DNA of 64,000 nucleotides. Source: Hemiscyllium ocellatum. Taxonomy: Eukaryota. The notes under the pieces are model-generated. The model did not search any database and was not told the DNA's origin. It saw nothing but the letters and a program-made list of their open reading frames with translations. The position numbers and the translations under genes are program-made. The DNA lies in the NCBI RefSeq assembly GCF_020745735.1, contig NC_083409.1, forward strand, positions 19,612,341-19,676,340, given 5' to 3'. How positions within the stretch are numbered: position 1 is the stretch's first letter; every line of letters starts with the position of its first letter. This document shows positions 57,233 to 64,000 of this stretch, piece by piece.

Positions 57233-60060
57233 CATTCGGACCTGCCTTGACTTCGCTCCAGCTTTTGCAAAAACCCCTGGCCCTACCCACTCTGCAACCA
57301 AGCCTCCGACTTCATTTCCCGAGTCACTCTGAGTCCAACTGCCTACCTGCAGCCAGCCAGCACACTCACTCACCCTCCTCACCCATACACCCCCACATTG
57401 CACCCTATCCCTCCACTTCTCCCTCTTCACCTCATCCCCACCTTCCCACTCCCCCACCTCACTCCACAACCCACCTCCGCCCCAATCTCCTTTCTCTCCC
57501 ACACCCATTCCCCAGTGCTACATCACAATCAACCCTCACCCACCACATGCCATCACCTTTCCCCCCTTCCCTCCTTCAGCCACCTTGGGCCCTACCCAAA
57601 AACCTCACCCCCGAGCCTTGCCCCATTTTTACAATCCCTCCCCACCCCCCCAACCTCAAACTCTCTGAGGCCAAAAGGTCCATCCTCAGGAAAGGGCTCA
57701 CAGTCATCCCTGCCTGACCCCCATCTCAACGAAACCCGCACCCACCATGACATGGAGCTCTTCTTCCGCCGCCTCTACCTCCGTGTCTTCTTCTTTAACA
57801 AAAACTACCAACCTCCCTCTGAGGACCCCTCCTCCCACCTCCAACCTTCCTCCTCCATTTGGCCAACCCCCCATCCCCCACCACCAGCTGTGCACAGATC
57901 CTCGACCTCTTCAGTGCTGACCACTGACGTGACATCAGCCGCCTCAATTTCTCCACCTCCCCCACCCCCGTCACCTTCTCCAACCACCTCCCCCTCTGAT
58001 TGAGGACTCCATTCTCTCCGCACCGACCCCTGGTTCACTATCAAACCCATAGACAAAGGTGAGGTGGTGATAGTCTGGAGAACAGACCTAAATGTCACAG
58101 AGACTGAACGCCAATTCTCCAACACCATGCCTTACTTCTCCCCTGCCCATGACCCCGCTGTGACCCATCAGGCCAAAATCACTTGCCTCATTGTCTCCAG
58201 TGACCTCCCCTCCATTGCCTCCAATCTCATATACCCCCAGCCCCACAATGCCCAGTTCTATCTGCTCCTCAAGATCCACAAGTCCAACTACCCTGCCTGA
58301 CCCATTGTCTCAGCATGCTCCTGCTCCACCGAACTCCTCTCATCCTACCTCAACTCTCCTCCTTGGTTCAGGCACTTACTTCACACCTACATCCATTACA
58401 CCAACCACACCCTCCATCTCTTCAGTAATGTCCAGATCCCCAGCCCTGAGCACTTTATCTCCACTATGGATGTGCAGACCTTATATATATCCATACCCGA
58501 TAAGGATGGCCTCCAGACCATCCACCTTTTCCTCTGCAACAGACCTATCCAGTCCCCCTCCGCCAATGCCCTCCTCCGCCTTGCTGAACTAGTCCTCACC
58601 CCCAACAATGTTTACTTTAACTCCTCCCATTTCCTCCAAATCCAGGGGTTGGCCATGGGCACCCAGTTAGGCCCCAGCTACGCCTGCTTCTTTATCGACT
58701 ATGTTGTACAGTCCCTCTTCAGTATCTACACAGGCACTGTGCACCAACTCTTTTGCTATTACATCAATGACTGCATCAGTGCAGTGACCTGCACCCAGGC
58801 TGAACTGGAGCAGTTCATCGACTTTGCCCACAACTTCCACCCCGTCCTCAAATTCCCTTGGTCCATCTCGGACATCTCCCTCCCCTTTTTTGACCTCTCT
58901 ATTTCCAATTCTGGTGATAATCTACAGACAGAAGTTTACTACATACCCACAGACTCCCATATTTTACTAGACTACACCTCCTCCCACCCAGTATCCTGTA
59001 AGAACTCCATCTCATTCTCCAAATTCCTCTGCCTCTGCCCCATCTGCTCGGATGAGGAGATATTCCACTGATCACAGATGTCCAACTGTTACAAACAATG
59101 TGTTTTTCCTCCTTCTGCCATCCACTGCACCACATCTATTTCCTGTTCCACTGCTCTAAACCCACCCCCCTCTAAATACAATAAAGGCAGAATCCCTATT
59201 GTCGTCACCTATCACCCACCAATCTCTGAATCCAATGCATCATTCTTAAACACTTCCATCAACTTTAACTAGACCACACCACCAAATACCTCTTCCTCTC
59301 CCCACCCCTGGCTGCCTTCCACAAGGACCATTTCCTTCGATAATTCTTGATCTGTGCCACTCGCACTGCAACCATCTCCAACCCCTCGGTACCTTCCCCT
59401 GAAACCTGAAAACATGCAAAGCCTGCTGGTACACCAATCCGTCCCCTCCATCCAGGGGTGACAGAGGTTCACCTGCTTCTCCTCCAACCTAGATTACTGC
59501 ATCAGGTGATCCCCATGTGGTCTTCTCTACATCGGGAAGAGCAAACGTAAACTGAGGAACATTTCACCAAACATCTCAGCCGGACCCACAGTGGCCGAGC
59601 AGTCCTACCAGTCATCACACATTTTAATTCCCCTTCCCACTCCATTTTTGACATGACCATCATTGGCGTCCTCCATTGCCACAATGAACCAAACCACATA
59701 TTGGAGCAACAACATCTCATCTTCCTTCTGGCAGCATATAGACCAGATGACTCAACACTGAGTTCTCCAATTTCAAATAACCTCCCTTCCCATCCCCTGA
59801 CTCCCTTGCCAGCACCTCTCCCTCCCTTCCACTACTCCCTTACACCTACCAGATTCATTCCTCTCACTGACCAACCAGATCATACCCTCCACCTGTCATC
59901 ACCTATTCCCACTTCATCATCCTGTCCCCCACCACCTCTTTATCTGCAGCTCCCCCTAAACCCACCCCATTCCTGAAGAAGGGTTACACCCGAAACATCA
60001 GCTTCTCCACCGCCTGATGCTGCCTGACCTGCTGTATTCTTCCAGCCTCCTGCCTGTCAT
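57232..60060 (+). mobile_element. Long decayed Penelope-like element (N-terminal region, RT, GIY-YIG, terminal repeat with hammerhead motif at 59969-60003)
   Basis: ORF 58466-59071: MDVQTLY..IP, GLAMGTQLGPSYAC, YYINDCI. GIY-YIG remnant NLDYCIR*SPCGLLYIGKSK at ~59485-59545. Confidence 0.9.
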
Positions 60061-60069
60061 TGAATGCAA

Positions 60070-60500
60070 CCAGCAGGAAAGGGTTAGACAATCAAGGGTG
60101 AGGCTCACAAACAAATGGGAATGGTACGTGCTACAGACAGATGCATTCAGACAGTCAATCACAAAAAGAAGACCAAACTGGAAATGAAACACTAATCCAC
60201 AGTGGATGGAATTTAATATCAGAAAGTGTGAGACCATGAACATGGGTCAGAATAATCTAAAGGCCGACTATTATTTAAATAGTGAGAGATTCCAACAAAA
60301 TGCAGTACAGAGTGATCGGGGTAGTAATGTGCATGAAACACTGAAAGTTAGTGCAGGTACAGCGAGTAATTGAGAAGGCGAATGGAATTTTCAACTTTAT
60401 TGCTGGGGGTTGCAATTTAAAAGTAGAGAAGTCTTGTTAAAACTGTACGGGATGTTAGTGAGGCTGCATCTGGGGTATTGTGTGAAATTTTGCTCTCTGC
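60070..60500 (+). mobile_element. CR1 fragment
   Basis: ORF 60410: FKSREVLLKLYGMLVRLHLGYC. Confidence 0.75.
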
Positions 60501-60559
60501 ATTTAAGAAAGAATGGACAGCCGTTGGAGTCGTCCTCCAACTCCTATTTCCCATACCCT

Positions 60560-62980
60560 TATGTGCTCCAATGTCCTTCCCTCACAGCGGAGCTGGTTTG
60601 TCTCTGCCTTCAGTAGCAGCCTCCAGTCTCTGGGTGGTGCTACCAAAAGATCTGCATTGCCCAGGCTGTCACAGTTCCCACATCACAATAATGTCTGGTT
60701 TTTGGAAGGATTCCATTGGCTGTAAAATATTTTCGAACATCCTAAGTTCAAGAGTGGTATAACAAAAATATAATTCTCTCTCCTTTTATATTTTATCTCT
60801 ATGCCTTCCCACCTGTCTCCTGACAACATCACAGACTTGTGTAAAATCTAGAATGAATCATGAATCTCTGGGAGAACTTACTCTGTGACAACACGAGGAT
60901 TAATGACCACCTCCTCAGTGGGCTTTGAGGGTGAAGGTCAATAGCACTCTCACTGGGACTTGATCTGAGTTGTCTCCAGTTAGTCAGTGTTATTGTTCTG
61001 GGTCCAGACAGTACTGACCAACCCTGTGTTCTGATTGAGATGAAGGGTGAGCTGTACTGGGATTTCACACGTGGCTTACACACACGTAGTGAAGCAGGGA
61101 TTACCCATTTCATGAGAGTAAATGGAACTATCAAAATGGGTGGATGTGACACCCCCAAACTCTCGCTAAGATAGTGGGGACAGAAATAGTAATATTCTCA
61201 GACAGAAAGGATGATAGAAATGGTACCCCACAGACAGACGTGGGACAGGAAAAGGGACGTTCCCAAAAGACAGGGGACAGAAACTGTCTGTTCCCTACTT
61301 TCTTGTTGTAACATATGTCTTTGGGAAATTGGTTTGGTTTATACTTTCGCAGTGTATTTAGGTTTGATGAGGTGATTGGGAACAATGATTCCAATTCTAT
61401 ATTTCCTGTCACAGCAGATCCACTGAAGATCATCCTTTCATTTGGAGGTTGCCCAGGTTTCTGTCCAGGCTGATACAGCATGATCTACCAGTGCTGCTCC
61501 TACTGGGCTAAACGATCACACACCAGGGAATCTGACAGCACTTTCTCTTTGTGCTGGCAAAGGGAGACATTTGCTTTTACTGCAATGGTGGCCAGAGAAA
61601 TGAGTCAGTGGATGTATTTCTAGCTGAGCACAATGTTCTGATGTTCATGATGGGATTAACCTCGACAGTTCCCATTTGCCTTTACATCAACAGTGGAACA
61701 GGAAGTCACCACGCAGTGGTCTCCTGGCTCACACTGAGAAACCAAGTTGATGGTATAACTGCAGAGAGAAAGGCAATGGCTTGGACTCACCAAACAACCA
61801 GAGGCTTCAGCCAACAACTAGATTACAGACAAATGGCGTGTTGTGTAATCTCTCAGTATCTCAGGGAACAAACACAACTGCTGAGCTGCAAAACCGAACA
61901 GGATATTTTTATGAAAATCAGCATTCTAAAAATGAACCCCAAACACAATATGTATAAAACCTGGGTACAATCTAATTTCAGAGACTACAGCATTTTCTTT
62001 GAATTTTCTGGACAATAATGAGAGGGGAATTCAGCCACCCACTCCATCACACGGTGTTGAAGTTGCACTGTCCTCAGCATAACACGGTTCAAAGCCTTTT
62101 AATAACACGAAAGGGGAGAGGAACATTACAAACTGTATTACCACAAGTGAGGATCCATTAACAACTAAGGCCATGATGTTGAATGCTCCCAACCATAAAC
62201 AACACTGATGCATTCCCATCATTAGTTTGTTCAGTGATGTTAAAAGTCTGCCTAACACTTTCATGAAGACAGAGTATTTTAAATCTCAAGAGGCATCGAT
62301 TTATTTTTCAGTACCATAGCAAGGAAGCAGCAGTTGACATATAAACTCTAACACGCTAATGATAACAGGCATTTTGTACAGAGCTGGCTCCTGAGAGAAA
62401 ACAATCAACAGCAGAGATCTGTCCAGTGTTGGGAACACTTTAGACAAGACAGTTTGTTGCTTGCAAGTTACTGCAGCTTGAAAATTCCAGTACAGTCAGA
62501 AAGAGAAAAAGGACAATGTGCAGATTGTTGAACAGGTCCCTACACCTGGGCCTGAGGCAGGAGCCCAAGCTCCAACACACTGGCCTCACTTCACACCAAC
62601 CTTCACACACTGCGGGGTCATGAACTCCGGCCATCAATCCCTCTGGGACAGGAATGGAGTGAGGGAACAAGGACAATTGTAGAAGAGTCAATAAAGAGTA
62701 AAGCAAGATGGAGAGGGTGTGTTGGAAAGGGGTTTGAGGAGGAAATATACTTTGTGCCTCTCGATACTGATATTGTCCATTTGTATCACAGAAAGAACAA
62801 AACAGCACACTGTGAAGACAATCACAAGTTACACCAAAGTACTTTTCTTATCACAGGGGACATTTTCATTGTGGTATGATAAGTACCCTGCTTCTGAAGC
62901 TGGACACACTCTCTGCATCTTTGCAGTTTATTTTTTACTGATCAGGGACAGTGAAGCAGCTGCCCTCTAGTGGCAAGAGA
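60560..62980 (+). repeat. Third, more diverged copy of the pre-C duplicated block (direct relative to 47150-51750)
   Basis: 60570-60640 ~ 47150-47210; 60740-61060 ~ 48180-48520; 62050-62410 ~ 49540-49910; 62420-62980 ~ 51020-51750. Confidence 0.85.
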
Positions 62981-64000
62981 GCGCTTGCCCTGCTGCTGAG
63001 GATTATGGGTAAAGTCACGTTCCATTTGCGCCCACACAAACCAGCAGCCACTTCAGCTGCTTTATTGAAAATCACAAGCTTTCAAGGGGCTGTTCTTTCA
63101 ACAGTGGAACTAGACTTAATACATCAGTTGAGGCCAAACCAACTTGTCATATAGCTGAGCACATCTTCCTGGCTTTTAGAGACACACAATTATGCGAATT
63201 AGGGACAGATGAAGGAGATTCATCCTCTTGATCCTGTTCCACATGGCGGATCTGATTATTCCACATTCTTGCCTAACTCGGATAGATTACTGATAAGCAA
63301 GGGATGAAAGGCTGTCTAATTCTTCATTACAAGTATTCAGAGATTTCTGTAGACCTTTTGAACAAGAGTTTCAAAGACCTATGACTGTACGCAAGACAAA
63401 GAATTCTGCTTTTCTCATTCTTAAATGAGGGAATTTATTTTAGTTTTGTATTACCCCCGAAAACGTAACATTTTTTTCACATCCAGACTGTATTCTATGC
63501 TAATGTTGATATGGCATCTGCTTTATCAGCTGCTCTCACATGAAAACTGCTTCCTGTGCTGACACCTTCAGTGACTAATGCACATAAGCATCCAGGCCCT
63601 ACTGCCCCTACAGCTACCCATATTTGTATCCTTTAGTTTGATTTGTCTCACCACATTTTCCTTCCAAAATAAATCACTGACATCTCTTTCCATTAAATTG
63701 TATCTGCAATCATCTGCTCATTCCATTATCTTACCTACATCCTTTTTGAAGTTCGACACTATCTTCTTCATAAGCCGCAATACTTCAAAGTTTTATATCA
63801 TCAGAAAACTTTGAAATTATGCCTTGTACACTCAGGTTAACATAGATTTATTGTTAACATTTATTTTAAATAAATTATCATCTGTTTTGACCAAATTCCC
63901 CAGTCAGTTCGGCCGTGGCTAACCAGGAACACATTCCCCCTTAGTTCTGTAAACCTTACTGTCCTGAGCAAACGAACATCGAACCCCGGCCTTGACAGCT

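Noticed and set aside
57247-58592. Long Pro/Ser/His-rich ORFs (156-201 aa)
   Set aside because: Alternative frames of the C-rich, frameshifted Penelope element, not host genes.

Overview
Cartilaginous-fish genomic DNA, most likely a carpet shark (inferred from the HE1-type SINEs and the NS4-like light chain). It is dominated by decayed retroelements: many CR1 LINEs, an L2-like LINE family, tRNA-derived SINEs, Penelope-like elements, one Gmr1-type Gypsy remnant and one Tx1 fragment. The core feature is an unrearranged immunoglobulin kappa (shark type III/NS4) light-chain cluster on the + strand: promoter and leader (26719), an intact V exon with a perfect 12-RSS, a perfect 23-RSS with J (27728-27762), and a C exon at 35224. 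A second C exon lies at 53240 with no V or J of its own in the window. The two C exons carry different in-frame deletions. C1 has lost the second Ig cysteine; C2 keeps both cysteines but lacks 5 residues. Around them lie a multi-kb inverted duplication with an internal micro-inversion, a third diverged copy that preserves an empty CR1 site, and a duplicated PU.1-IRF/E-box/MEF2 enhancer-like module. There are also remnants of an antisense Ig-superfamily-like gene that appears to enclose the V-J cassette, and several Penelope-associated minimal hammerhead-ribozyme motifs. Repeat boundaries are approximate and were set by eye. No databases were searched.
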